From Pseudovirgaria hyperparasitica (taxonomy: Eukaryota), in NCBI GenBank assembly GCA_010093815.1, contig ML996565.1: a DNA stretch of 64,000 nt. One strand, given 5' to 3'. The notes below the pieces were generated by a model. That model made no database searches. It saw nothing but the letters and a program-made list of their open reading frames with translations, and was not told where the DNA came from. This document shows positions 1 through 13,183 of this stretch, one piece after another. A program made the position numbers and the translations under genes. Within the stretch, counting starts at the first letter, position 1; each line of letters opens with the position of its first letter.

Positions 1-918
1 TTGCCGTGAACTACGAGAACGTTGATGAACTTAGAAACATTTTACAGCAAAACAACGTAGAAGTTGTGATCTCAACGCTCCTCCTCTCCTCTGAAACGGT
101 CGCACGAGCTCAGCTCAACCTCATTCGTGCCGCTTCTCAAACAAGTACAGTAAAGAGGTTTATTCCCAGCGAGTTCTACATAGACTTCAACGTCCCGATA
201 CCGTAAGTATTGCACATTGATCTCTTTCTTTGGTCCTGCATTCTTTTGCCTTTCATAGTCTTAATCCTTAACCCCATTCAGTGGCTCATCCCACCTCGCA
301 ACACACCAAGTCGCCGCCGAAAAAGAGCTGGACTTACACCCAAACCTCACATACACCCTCCTCCGCTGTGGCATTTTTCTCGATCACCTTGCAATGCCAC
401 ATGATCCCAAACCCACACACATAGCTCCATTCTGGTGTTTCGTCGATATGGACGCCGAGCAATGTGTGATCCCAGGTGATGGCGACTATCCACTAGTCCT
501 CAGTCACTCAACGGATGTAGCACAATACATTGAGAAACTAATTGGTCTGCCTGCGATAGATTGGCCTCGTGAGAGTCTAGTGGCATCGAACAGAATACTT
601 GTCAAAGACCTCCCAGGTATTGTAGCAAGAGCAACAGGGAAAGAGTTTAAGGTTGCGGTCGACCATGCCGATCACATTCGCGAGCATCGCATAACGCCGT
701 TGCCTTCGAATAAGGCAATATTTGATGACCCGGACAGGGGCGATGAGATGCGTGAGGTAGAGTTGCAAGTTATGTTGTCGATGTTGAGCAGAGCGCACGA
801 TCTGCCTGGAGAAAACCTTGGGGAGGTGTTTCCTGGCGTCAAACAAACAAACATAGAGGAGTTTCTAAGAGCCGGATGGGAAATCAAGGTCGAAGGCAAG
901 AAAGCTGAAACATGTTAA
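1..918 (+). CDS. NmrA-like / isoflavone-reductase-like NAD(P)-binding oxidoreductase, 5'-truncated by window edge (exons <1-202, 282-918)
   Basis: VEVVIST...AQLNLIRAA...VKRFIPSEF motif. Intron 203-281 (GTAAGT..CAG) joins in frame to GSSHLATHQVAAEKEL...YTLLRCGIFLDHLAMP and the 394-918 ORF. Confidence 0.85.
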
Positions 919-1464
919 CAAAGGGTAGTGGTCTTGTCAAACACACAACGTCTTTCTTTAGTAGTGTTCAGTGTCCCACGTTTACTGGATGGTGGTATAC
1001 ACGCTGTACTTCGCACAAGCTGACGTTATGAATGACGCGCTAGCAACTTTCACAATGTCAAGATTTCTGCGCCCGATTGACTACACAGAGCGGATACCTA
1101 ATACTAATTGGATGATGAATGCCTAGTTGTAGCAGGCCTATTAAGACGAACGTAAACCTATAGCCGACATTCTTTTTTTTCGACCGATGGCCACGATAAC
1201 AACGCTAGTCCTCTTAGCCAGCTGTCGTGGAATGTGAATATTTCGTGAATAATTTCGAAAAATGTTATCTGGGAAAGTGCAATGTGGACGCAGCTGCATC
1301 ACTGGGTGATCTTGGAAGTATACACTGTTTGATTTCGATATCATTGTTTGGAACAAGTGACATCTATTCAACAATAAGCCATGCAGCCAAAGCCAGTTTT
1401 AGCTGTCTTATTGTGTGTGTCAAGCCTCTATTGAAAGCTTCTGATGCGCACATGGACCTGATTT

Positions 1465-2142
1465 GTGCTATCAATACATAAGTCTTCTTTGGGCACGGCC
1501 ATCCGTCCCATAGTATCCTTACAACTCTCAACTTACGGAAGTACGAATATACTGTCCTCGGATGAGATACCTTTTTGTTTAAGCCGTCGTTATACCAACG
1601 GCCTGCAAATCAGGCATCACCCAATTCAAGATGTGAATGATACTCGTTTGATCACCCACCGTCTGAATATCAACCGTCCGAATACCAATAGTCTGAACAT
1701 AAATCGTCCGTTCAGCAACCGTCCAAGCATCAGGAATTCGGTCAACAACCACAAGATCACCAAACCTCCGAGAACCAACTGTCCAACCACAAATCATCTC
1801 ACAGCCCACAGTCGAAACACAAACCGTCCTGCGACCACTCTTCATAACAGTGCCTCCTCCACGCCCCCAACACCCACCCTCAGTGACGCCGACGCGCTGT
1901 GTCTCTTCGGTCTTCAATCCATACACCATAAACCTACCAGCCCCAACGCCCACGCCTTCTCCATGCGACGATGTATTCACCGCTGCAATGAGGAGGATCC
2001 CGCCCTAGGGAGCCTCCTGATTTTCGACCAGGATGTGAAGCTACGATACTTCTACACCTGGTGGGCAATGACGCATACCATGGGGAATCGTGATGATATC
2101 AAGTTGAGAAGACAGAGGTACGAGAAATTTGATGAGTTCTGA
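1465..2142 (+). CDS. Possible orphan hypothetical protein (N/R/P/T-rich N-half with short LNINRP repeats); start uncertain
   Basis: 225-codon open frame with a duplicated ~30-nt unit at ~1670-1730. No recognisable domain and no clear ATG start. Confidence 0.25.
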   Translation: MLSIHKSSLGTAIRPIVSLQLSTYGSTNILSSDEIPFCLSRRYTNGLQIRHHPIQDVNDTRLITHRLNINRPNTNSLNINRPFSNRPSIRNSVNNHKITKPPRTNCPTTNHLTAHSRNTNRPATTLHNSASSTPPTPTLSDADALCLFGLQSIHHKPTSPNAHAFSMRRCIHRCNEEDPALGSLLIFDQDVKLRYFYTWWAMTHTMGNRDDIKLRRQRYEKFDEF

Positions 2143-4520
2143 CATGGCTGTGGAGGAAGATCGATGTGAGGTTGCATTGACTCAGTACACTGTACGGCAC
2201 ATCGGTAGGAAAACAGGATTGGGGATGCACGCTTGCATATAGGTGTGATCCGCAAGCAACAGCAGGGATCCAAGTCTTGCTGTGAGGCGGCAGAACTAAA
2301 GTGTTCTAGATGTTATATCATTCGCTCATAATCATCCTATTGACCTTCACGTCCACATTCGTTCGAACCAAAGAATTATTGACATCTCAGATGAAGTTAG
2401 ATATATGGCTGTGCACCCTTGGGATATGTCCATTGAACTTCAATAACTTATCAAGCTAGGCACCAACCCGGCGAAAGATCAGGCCAAACTTCGGTACTTC
2501 ACATGCATGAAATGTAATCACATTGAAATAGCCCACAACGTCCGCATTACGCACACAACCATACGGCCCTCAACATCTTAGGCCAAAGGCTACACATGAT
2601 GACATTGTCCTTGGGTAGGTGCTGAGTATCTGAATGAGGAGATAAGATATGGCCTTGATCATGTGTTCAATCTCATGAGGTCTTCAAGACATAATAGATC
2701 CACTCTACTGCCCAGTATGACATTAAGTTCTCGTGTCGTAAGCTACCAAATTAGCGTTCGCCATATTCTTTAATAGATACGAGCCTTTTGATCAAGGGTA
2801 GCTTTGAGATACAGCGAAGATAAGATTGATAGGAGAAGGTTACACAGGCGTGCGAAGGTTCAATCGGGGAGCACAAATTATGCAGAATATGTAGAAAGGG
2901 AGAATAAAGCACCACCGTTACAATATGTGCGCATGACGAGTGCGGAATGAAGCTGTCCCCTCGCTGCTGCACGATCGTGCCGGCTGTCGATTCTGGACTT
3001 GCAAGATCGCTTTCGAGGAGTGGAGACTATGGGCGATCTATACGTGCGTACGATCATCCTGCACTATGGCAAAGCATACCCTACTAATTAGCAGACCCCT
3101 TCTAAATGAGTAAGGGGTATAGCTCTCATATTACATTTGACTCAGCATTGATAGCGCTTTGTTTGTGCGAAACCTCCCAAGCCCATCCAACCATTAGACA
3201 ACCTCTATCTCAACATCCCCATAAAGCTGCAAACACTGACCTTCAGAGTAGAAAACCATCTTTCCCCCAAGTGCTTCCATGAAATGTTCCACAAGACCAT
3301 TTTATACCCTAGAAGCGAAGTTTACCGCTGAACACTGAGTGTGCGCTATGAAGAGTGAATCTGTCACAATAGTCTACGTCCAGTGGCAAGACAGCAAAAA
3401 ACAAGCGGTTAGGTAACAAACTAGGTATTCTGGTATTGAAAAGAGATTTTTGATATATTCTATGGTGTTATGCAGTGAGATCCTGGGTTCGTGACGCATG
3501 TTGGAATGTTGCAGATAGATATATGTATATCTGTCGAGTAATTATAAGGCTACGCTGTAGTGTTTGATAGGAGTGTGGAGATGGGCGCATGCAGTGAGCA
3601 TATATGCAATACTATATACATTGGACTAGCCAAATTGAGCATGTCTTGATAGGATTTAACACGCCTGAGACTGGCTGGTAGTTAGTTAAACAAGTGACTA
3701 GGTTACCATCCCGCTGGTAGCTCGATCGATCGGGTCTGAAGGTACCACGGAGACTCATGCGAGATCTGTACACTAGCTTACTGCAATGAACCAGGGTTAT
3801 CGGCCAATCATATAAATTCTTACCTGACCCAATATAGCTGGCAGAAACTGCGCCTTAGAGCTACCTTAGCACTTTGTGAATTGCTAGCTAACGCTACCCA
3901 AGTGTGCTGGTGAGGTTGTATTGGACAACCTAGCCTTGATTAGGCTGGCATTAGTTGGCCCAAGTGAGAAATAGAGGCTTCGATTATTTAGAATGCCTCA
4001 GGTCGGTTAAAGCTGTATTTCCAATTGCTATTCTGCTGGTTAAACTATCCCCAGACTATATCAACATTCGTACTGAATAAGCAAACGCTTTTGGAAATAT
4101 TCAATAGAAGACACACAGGTCTCTATAATGAACGAACTTGAACGCTAGAAAAGACGCCGTGAGAGACGAGTGCGCAGCCCGAACTATGGATAGACCCAAC
4201 ATGTGACTATATATCTAATGCAACGCGAATATATCATTTGCAATTAGCTGCAAGTGGGGTTGTGCACATATAAACTCCTTGAAAGTACCAATCGCTAAAT
4301 GCAATGAACGTCCCGCATGACTCTGTCGCAAATGTATGAAATGCCTGCATTGACAGACTGCTTATATTGCAGTTCAAGCGAGCTGTCGTGTATCGTAAAG
4401 GTGTTATTATGGTTTGTCGGTAGCCGTGCGTGGTGGGTATCTGGAAGCCGAAACGACGAGATTGCAGTGCATAGGGATAAAATAGGGCAGAAAAAGTAGC
4501 GAATATGATCGAACCCAGGA

Positions 4521-6303
4521 TCAAGAGTCCCAGATAGGTCCGTACGCGGGGATGCCACGCGACTCCATACCATACACGATCTGCACATGTTAGCAAGATC
4601 CCGGCAGGTAACAAGGGGTGCACAAAGGCGCATAGGCTGTGCAGCCTGGTGACACTTACCTTACGCGTGAGCATGGGATTGCTGATGACAAACACTGCCT
4701 CCGCCTCTGACTCTTTGTACATATTATATGCCAGCTCAATCATATTTGGTCGTCCCTGTGTCCGTGTATCGATAATGGCAGCCTGTGGATCGACATCCTG
4801 CACTGCTTTGAGGACCTGCGGGCCATATATGCCCAACACTGAGGGCGCACTCCAGAGAACACGTACGGCGACGTGGCGCTGGCGTACAGCATCAAGCATC
4901 ACGCCGAGACAGGGGCCGATGCCGGACCCGGTTGTAACGATGACGACGCGTTTGAAGATACAGGCCATGCTAAGTACACCTGTGCGTGGGAAGCCGCGAA
5001 CCCAGTATTGCGGTTCTGGGTCGCTGGCAGTTTTGCGGGTCCAGTCACCAGCAATAGAAACGATGAGAGACCCTCCACCAGATTTCTTCAAGCCTGACTC
5101 CTCGTCAGGTATGGCTGGGAATGTAGCGAATGGATGCCATTCCATGAGTGGAGACTTAGAGATGGAGATGCCCACGAAAGGTTGAAGGGTCTGATCGAAG
5201 TGAAGTCTGACTGCGTGGTTTGAGAGCTTCTCGGCTCGAAATGTCCATTTGCGAAGGAACACCCAGGGCCAGATGGCGTGAAAGGTAATGACGATAAGAA
5301 ACCAGAACGCTGGTTCTTTGACCAATGCAGAAGAAAGGCTTTGGTCACTGACAGAATCGCGAAGGGAAATTATGATCTGGAACCAGAACAAAAGGATAGC
5401 TGTCCAGCCACCAAATCTGTGCGAGATTTCGAACCAATTGTGGTGCTTAAATCGGACACCAGGATAGGCCATGACGATGATGGCCACCAGGATTCCAGCA
5501 AGAGAGTAGGTGACACCCAATGTAGAAGCGCCTATCGACGGCATCCGGCTCCGATAGTTCAAGGAGTTGACGACAGTCAGTATAAGGAACCAAATCGTCC
5601 CACAGATGCAAGAACTAGAGTGGACACCGCCAAACTCGTAGATCTTCGCGATCCTCCTACGAACCCACATAGGGGCAGAGTGTGGGATGAGCCAGGCAGT
5701 CCGGAACAGTACATTGATTACATAGTCCTGGCGGATCATGGTGCCAACCATAATGTTTGCGCTGGCAGCTGTTGCAAGGTGCGACGTGTTAAGCGAGCGA
5801 AAGGAGTCCAGATGTCTTAACTTCAACAACTCGACTACCATGCCGACGAGATTTGCTAATAGGACTACTGAGAATAACCGTCTGTATACATTCATAAATG
5901 TATGTCGAAGGGCGCGAATCAGGCGCAGCTGACGTTTCGGGGGTACAGGGAACCGTTTATCGACACTGCAAATGGAAGAGATACTCTGTGAGCCTGGCCA
6001 AACCTGTTCCAGGCCGCATTGCTTCTCTAGATCTCCTGGTTCCGACGGCCAGTCCAGACGCAAATTGCTGTATGAGCCATCGTTGATAGGCGCAACAGTA
6101 TCTTGAATCCAAGAGTATCGCGGTGGTGTTGAGCCTGGTGAGATCAAGCTTCCTCTTGTGTAGTGTCGAGCGTTCAGCGGCAATGGGAGTGTATCAGGGT
6201 CGTTGTAATGCACAGCATTCGGGATGGTGAGGATCGAAACTATGCTTTGGGGTCTGCCCACTCGCATCTCCCGGGAATCTCTATCGAGACTTAGATTATC
6301 CAT
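4521..6303 (-). CDS. tmpA: TmpA-like integral membrane flavoprotein (ferric-reductase-like TM region + FNR-like FAD/NAD(P) domain), ~567 aa; exons 6303-4660, 4580-4521
   Basis: Multiple TM helices, HHNWFEISHRFGGW, EWHPFAT, VTTGSGIGP, EAVFVISN. Intron GTAAGT...GCTAAC...CAG restores the family-type C-terminus IVYGMESRGIPAYGPIWDS*. Confidence 0.85.
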
Positions 6304-7389
6304 ATTGGTAACGAGTGACTTCGCGGAGAGAAAACAGTAGACTAGGATGGGAAAGAAAGATGCCTGGGAAGAAAATATATATCACAAGCGTTGGTCAAAA
6401 CAGACCGAAAGAAATTCCAGCCGAGTGGACGCGATGGGTTGTCCAAGACCAGTCAAAAAATGGCAGGAAATCCATATAGACGATAAACATACTTGAGCTC
6501 GTGGGATACATCGCGTGTTACGAAATCTAGGACCGTGCAACTGAAAGTCCGACCCTTGAAGCAAACGGCGAGCGCAGTACCCGGCGGCGAATGGGAAGCA
6601 CTTACCCATCATTCTGGTTTTGGATTAGCCCCCGCGGTGAACTGGTTTGTTCCATGTCGGCCTGGCCAACTCTTTCCTTTGCGTGTTGATATGAGGTGAG
6701 GACGTGACTGCAGCAAAGATCAAGATGATTGATGGTTCAAGTGCACGCGGCGCATTGCAATCGTATAAGAACGGATGATAAGAGTCGCAGGGCTATAATG
6801 TATATATGACATTCCGGCCATTTAGTCACTGAGCCAGTCTCTTACCCCCCTGCCAACGGCCGGAGAGTGTGCTGACCAGCACGAAGCGATAGAGGGAACA
6901 TACTCGGCGCCATTGCGGTTAGTGAAGGGATGCTGCAATCGAGAGTGGCTGATGTTCCCGTCTCATGCAATGTATTCCAAGCTGCATGACCTATGTATGC
7001 CACGGCTTGACCTCGCGACGTGATGCCTGCGAGCTGTTTCGCCATGAAAAGTGCCGCAGGTGTGAATGAGGGAAACACGCCAGGCTTCATGACTCCAGTC
7101 GCCTGCGGGCAATTCAGTAGCAGATCAGGGCACGAGTAACGTACGGTTGATGAGGCGAGAATGACGAGAATGAAGAGGTGATGCGAGTGAATGATGTGTC
7201 GTAGTCGTTGCTGAATCGTGAACGGCGCGCACGGACCACTATCCTCTGTTCGGCGGCCATGCTCCGCATGTAGTTTCCAAAAGCACACTTGCACACATCC
7301 GGACACGCGCCTTACCGTATTCGTCTTCTCGGGTCCTTTGCAAGACCCTTTCTTCGACCATAACACGCTTCGTAAATCCTCGTTCACTC

Positions 7390-7441
7390 TGCAGATGCAG
7401 ATGCAGATGCATCTGCATCTGCGTCTGCATCTGCGTCTGCA
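7390..7441. repeat. (GCAGAT)n/(ATCTGC)n hexamer array forming a ~40-bp near-perfect palindrome
   Basis: tgcagatgcagatgcagatg|catctgcatctgcgtctgca at 7390-7429, one mismatch. Confidence 0.8.
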
Positions 7442-10400
7442 CTTCCACCTTCGCTTCCCCATTGCCCTCCACTACGCCTTACAGTGAGTGCTAGATGGCC
7501 CAGCAAGGACAATGCGGATGCGGCTCCGACCAAGGCTAATCTCCTCGATGCTCCCAGATCCCCCCAATCACACAGAATCGTGGCGTCTTGCGCCTAGGCC
7601 CGGGCGCCATTCGTTTCCACACGCTTATGCAAGACTATCGTGGTGAATCTGTGCGACAGCATCATCGTCCGCCTGGCGCAATCGTCTGCAAATTCTCCAG
7701 ATCCATTCCTTCAATGTTAGCGTCGCAGTAGCACTCCGGATGTGCGGACCCGGACTTCCCTGCCGCCGTGGGATCGCACGTAGTTGGCCTTGCCTGCTGC
7801 ACTACCGCATTGAACACACTGATTGTCTCAAGCCAGGTAGTAGGTATATTGTGGACTGAAAGACTGACGCTGTTCTAAGTTCTGTCACAATCTTGCACGC
7901 CAAGATACGGGCCGTTCCCTCCACAAATGGCACATGGACGATGCATTGCACTTGTGCCGCACCCGCGCATGGCAAAAAACCTTAGATCGTGGACTAAGAA
8001 CTATCTTCTGCCTAATACGTGTTCATACAATCCATCGCGCTCTTCATCTTGCGTTAGTCAAGTCAAGCTGCAGCACATGCTCAACTTTCGAGTCGTGGTG
8101 AAGACCAGACCGCTGAGGTATTTGTGTAACAGCAGCCACCAGTGTTGTCGACCTCCGCGCCAACTCCGGACGCTGCTGTTGCATCTCGGAGTATTCACGG
8201 AGCTCTATACGCAATGGCCTTCACTGAGGCTCACTAGTTGTGGTCAAGAAGCTCTTGGCGCATTATTCCGGTGAAGTAGTCGCAATGCGTCAGCTGAAAT
8301 GCTCCAATGATAGACGAAGGCGGATTCCTTCATCAGACACGTCAACACAAGACTATTACAAATGAGTAGTACAGCGTGACCTCGAACTTGTCATTGCGTC
8401 GGTACTTGTCAGCCTTATCGGTATGTACCACAATAGATATCGTAATCGAACTCGTTACATTACGTGCAGCCAATGGTATGTCGTTGGCCAATGTTTATTT
8501 TCTGTGAGCCCGTGCAGGTCAATGCCTTCCTGAGTAACCGTCATTAGCGCGGAAGAATCATGCCAAGATGATTCCCGACAGGATATCCATCCACGGTGAG
8601 AGGTTACACATATGGCCCAATTCTATGGTGTTGATCGTCAGCTCCTTGTGATTAAAGAGCATGTCGACTTATGTCTTAGTCGTTCGACTACATGAATCAA
8701 TCGCAAATCTTCGAGAAGAACAGTCCATCTGCCGGCATGGACAGGACCGCTTGGGTCCGCTTCTGATGATCTTTTTGTCAATGTGAGCACTCATATGCAT
8801 GCCAGATAAACTCCGCATCACCACCGACCTGCATCGCTCTGAGCAGCACATGTATGTCTCTGCCACCTCGAACGCCACACGCCGTCTTGAGCAAGTTAGT
8901 CCTAGTTTGACTGACTCAGACCTTAGAGATAGACTCTCTAGATCTATATCCAACGCACGGGCTCATCATTCGCGAGACACATGGATCAACCTCAGAGACC
9001 TTTAACATGCCACTAGACAGAAAAACTCGATGATGTAAAATCGAGATCTCGCCTCAATTGTCACAAATTTAGTCTTGTTCTGTGGGTCTGGACATCTGAC
9101 TCGCCTGAAACAACGGCTGGTCTGACAAGGGAGAGTACAATAGGCCTTTGCTTTGAACTGTGCCGCTCGAACCATACTCTATCATATATTTCAACCAGCC
9201 AGCGTTCCCCCCGCAATATTCATGACTATGAGAGCTAGGGTTCAGTCGAGGTCGACTCGCGCAGAGCGTGAGCTCCAGACGTTTAGTTGGAGCCAAGGGG
9301 CAATGACATGGCGGCTAACAGGTGGTTGATACTCGGGCATCGGATGCGCAGCATACTTGTGGCGAGGGAACTGGTGTGGCGAGCACATCCATGACAGCTA
9401 GTGTTTGGCGCGAGCAATCATATCTTGCGGCCACAGCGATTCAATAGGCTCAGACATACAGGAAGGGAGATCAGTCACAGAGCTTTCCATTCAATGAAAC
9501 ACCGTGGGTCGCCTCAGATACATTTCAGGTGTGCAAAGTGTGGCATGGCCATAGACCTTGAATACAGGAACACTGCTCTGCATTATTGCGCGTCGCAGAG
9601 TATACTTTCCAAGGTTAATTGACGAAGTGATGAGGTATGTGATATGTCTGCCTATTTTCTGCTCCCCAAAATTTGACTACTTATGTCTATAGAGCTGTGC
9701 AACAGACATATCTCTTTTTACGCCTGTGCCCACAAGGAAGATGCAACCGCTTTCCAGCCGTATGTTACTGTCAAAGTCACTCAAATTGAGCCGTCAATCA
9801 TTATCGCCACTCTCACCTATCGCTATGCTCAGCACTCGCTCTCTTGCACCTCGAGTGCTATGCTTGACTTCTTGATCAGATGCACGTATCAACTAGAGGT
9901 AGACTCGACAATGTGCTGATAGTCTCGTGACATTGCTGAACATATCTACTAAGACATAGATAGTTGACGACCAGAACTTGCTTACTCCCGCTTCTGACGG
10001 TTCTGTACAGACCAACGTCATCGACGAGGTACAGAAACTGTGCCCAATTTCATTTTCATATTCACTAACGTGCTCATAATAGTTTCCAATAGCTAAGCTT
10101 CCTGAAACATGTCTATCATCATTAAAAAAAACCCTCTTCGGAAGTATACACGTGGAATCAATCTCGAATCCTCGCAGCTGCGAGTTTCCGAAACACCCCT
10201 TGGGGGAAATGACTTTGCGACAGCCTGTTCCTCTGTTGCAAAGTACTGGTTTCAGGGATAATGGCATAGGTCTGCTTGTTCCAATTCGAGATTTGCTTGT
10301 AGTGTCACATGCCTAGGTGAGAGCGGTACTTTCCCCAAACTGTAGCTGTCATTCACTACAAATATGCACAATTGTAATACTTAGCACCAGTCATTGAGTT

Positions 10401-10802
10401 GCCATCCTAAATAGATGCAGGGAGTTAGCAGACTCGGTTATATCCTCAATTCATGTCGTATTGACTCATGCAATGGGAGAGTTAGGGTGGCATAGTCTTT
10501 TGGCGGCTGAACAACCGATCTGCTGCACCGAGCATACTAAGGGTGAATGGGCAGTAATGACAAAGACCTGTGATTGAATGTAACTCATTGAAGAGATGCT
10601 ACTATCATGGTAGTACAACTTCAAGTATGTCAAGTTTAACCCACGAATATGACCAGACTGTGAATGTGACACCTTAAAGATACATAATACCACCAAAAGT
10701 ATCACTTATTTTATTCCGGAAACTTCAACATAGAGATAATAGCAGAAGCCCGGAGCTCATATCCTCAATACTCTACTCACACCATACACATCAGTCAGAA
10801 CC

Positions 10803-11270
10803 ATGCTCCTCGCCACCATTCTCGCCACCCTCCTTGCCACCCTCACTCTCGCCCACCCAGCCGCCTTCGGCTATGTATCCGACTACCAAGTCCTCGAATT
10901 CGACAACGACCAATGGTTAGCACTCCCCCAGAGTCCCGTCTCCTAGTCGTTCCTTCTAACCCCGCGCAGCAACGGCGCGTACATCCGTCTGTCATCAGGC
11001 AACGTACTCACTCAACTACTTCCACAAACCAAGCACTTCCGTATTCGCGCCGAGTACGGCGGCTACTTCACCGGCACGCCGTATCAGTGCGGGCAGGCTT
11101 TGCTGGCCGGCCATACCGAGACTTACATGTCTAAGAAGCAGGCAGAGGCGCAGGGGCGGACGGATGCGCGTACAAATGATGTGGGTGTTGCAGGTGGGGA
11201 TACGTGTTTTACGCGAGTGAATGCGAATTGGCATGGGACTTTGCAGTGTTTGATATTGCAAGGGATTTAG
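10803..11270 (+). CDS. Small secreted protein, 137 aa, 4 Cys (effector candidate); exons 10803-10915, 10970-11270
   Basis: ACCATG start, hydrophobic signal peptide MLLATILATLLATLTLA-HP, intron GTTAGC...TCTAAC...GCAG, then an uninterrupted 100-codon frame to TAG. Not in the ORF track. Confidence 0.8.
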
Positions 11271-13183
11271 GGATTTAGTGGTGAGGGATTGGGCTGCGGG
11301 CATATGCATATTGGAGGGAGTTGGGATGGGTGGCTGCTTTCATGTTGGCGGTACTGATGTTTGACATATAGGATTTTGCAATCCATGGGTAGACATATAT
11401 ACGATGCTTTGACAGCAATCGGTTGTTCTTGCACTCCGGTTCATGCAACGGGATCGAAATTCGTCGACAGCCAAAGCCTTTGCTTACCACAAAAGTACAC
11501 CTCCACATCCAAGTTCTGCCAAGTTCATCTTCAAATGCTCTATCTCAGCTCCACCTACCAGCATCCGGCCTTGCATTCTCCTCAACCTCACCTGCATCCA
11601 TGCATCGCATCACGCACAAAACCCCACATTCCCAAGCCTTATCATGCACAGTCACCCAGCGCATCGGGCATGCCGACCAGCTGGTCGGTCCGGCAGTCAC
11701 AGCCAGAGACACCATAGCCCACATCATCTTGTTCCAGAAGGACTTTATGACAAACTATGCAGCAGCCCCGTCAGGCCATGTCCACGTCCACGGTGGCGGA
11801 CACGACGCAGACGCTAGAGCAGGAGTAAGTGGGGCGATGCATTCTCCGTGATGCAGGGGGCGATGGATACGTGGGGCCTAGATGCTGACTGCCGCCGGGG
11901 AATAGATGGTACAGTCCGCGATGTCGAGGCTTTGTTTTGATTGTCTTAGAAGCATCATGGCGTAGCAGTCATCCTCCACGTGGGTTCGGGGGCGATGATG
12001 TCTATGGCAGTCATCGAGGCAATGTGGCAGTTTCCTATCGTGCTGGAGGATGGTTCGTTGAAGAGGTCGAAGTTGTCGGAGCTGGATCTGTTGGCACATG
12101 AAAGTACGTGTAGAAAGGCTTCGTTTTCGACTTTCTAGTCTGGTTATAGTTGGGCTTTTGAAGAACAAAGTGACACGAATTTATGATCCAATGTATACAT
12201 CTTACAGAGCTGCGCCCATGGCATATGAGACGACGACAAAGACTCGGCTGATTAATGATAACAGCCTGACATTGCGCGATGAACGCATTTCTTTGGCATA
12301 ATGGAAGGTCCGCCTGTCCCTCAGAATCAGCTGAACTAACCATAAGAATCACGTTGTCACTGTACAGACTTCAATTAGTCGTGTCATTAATGATCGATCC
12401 GACAATGATTGCGGTCACTGTTGAAGTCGGTAGAGCTTCGAACGCATGTGAAGATTTCCACCCTTGCGAATATAACCCTTACATCGTTGGACGATTCATT
12501 TATTCTGAAGCAGCTGGAATTCTCCCAGCAGAGGCTTCCGTTGTATCCTTGAATCCGATACTGACAACATTGTTCTCTCCTGCTCGTTATGACAGGCCAC
12601 TTCAAGACTCGTATGTAAACGCTACGACCGTCTCCTTTAGCCGATGATAACGAACGTATACATCGGCAAGACACGAGTTGGAGAGCATGGGCCGAAAGGT
12701 CTAGATATGAGACCTAGGCACTGCTAAGGGGATACTCAAACGAGCTGCCCCGGCGATTATAACAAGCTGAATAGTACCTCTTGGCCTCCATCGGCAGAGT
12801 TTGGTGACCAAACCGGCCGAGCTTTAGAGTGAAAGCTCGGCGAGAACGCGCTAATTATTTGGAAGGCAAGTTACCGGGGTGAAACAGTCTGTTTGCGAGA
12901 CAAAACAGTGTCGCTCGTGTAGTTAACCGAGATGACAAAACGCTCGATTGGACCTAAACCAGTGAGCAACGCCGAGCTATGAATATGTATCAAGACCATT
13001 GACTTACGAAACTGTTCTCATGTGGGCTCGTTTGATATCCCCTTGCCTACAGAGAAAATCCTTTCTTTGAAACTTCGATCATCCGTACTTCGTTTCGTTA
13101 CCAAGCTTCGCTCGATCAATTGGCACAGGTTCGTGATCTATAAAGGTCTATCGAGGATGCTAACAGTAATAGATACCAATACA

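Noticed and set aside
2300..4200. Possible RIP-degraded transposon relic (TAG/CTA-rich)
   Set aside because: No terminal repeats, target-site duplication or recognisable transposase/RT remnants by eye.
4234..4659. C-terminal extension of the 689-aa ORF
   Set aside because: Read-through of an intron. The spliced product ends at 4521 with the family-typical GPIWDS.
6842..10300. Short ORFs in the long intergenic region
   Set aside because: No domain motifs, no convincing splice chain, and partly derived from simple repeats.
11360..12700. Cluster of 60-140 aa ORFs on both strands
   Set aside because: I could not assemble a coherent gene or recognise a family. A decayed gene cannot be excluded.
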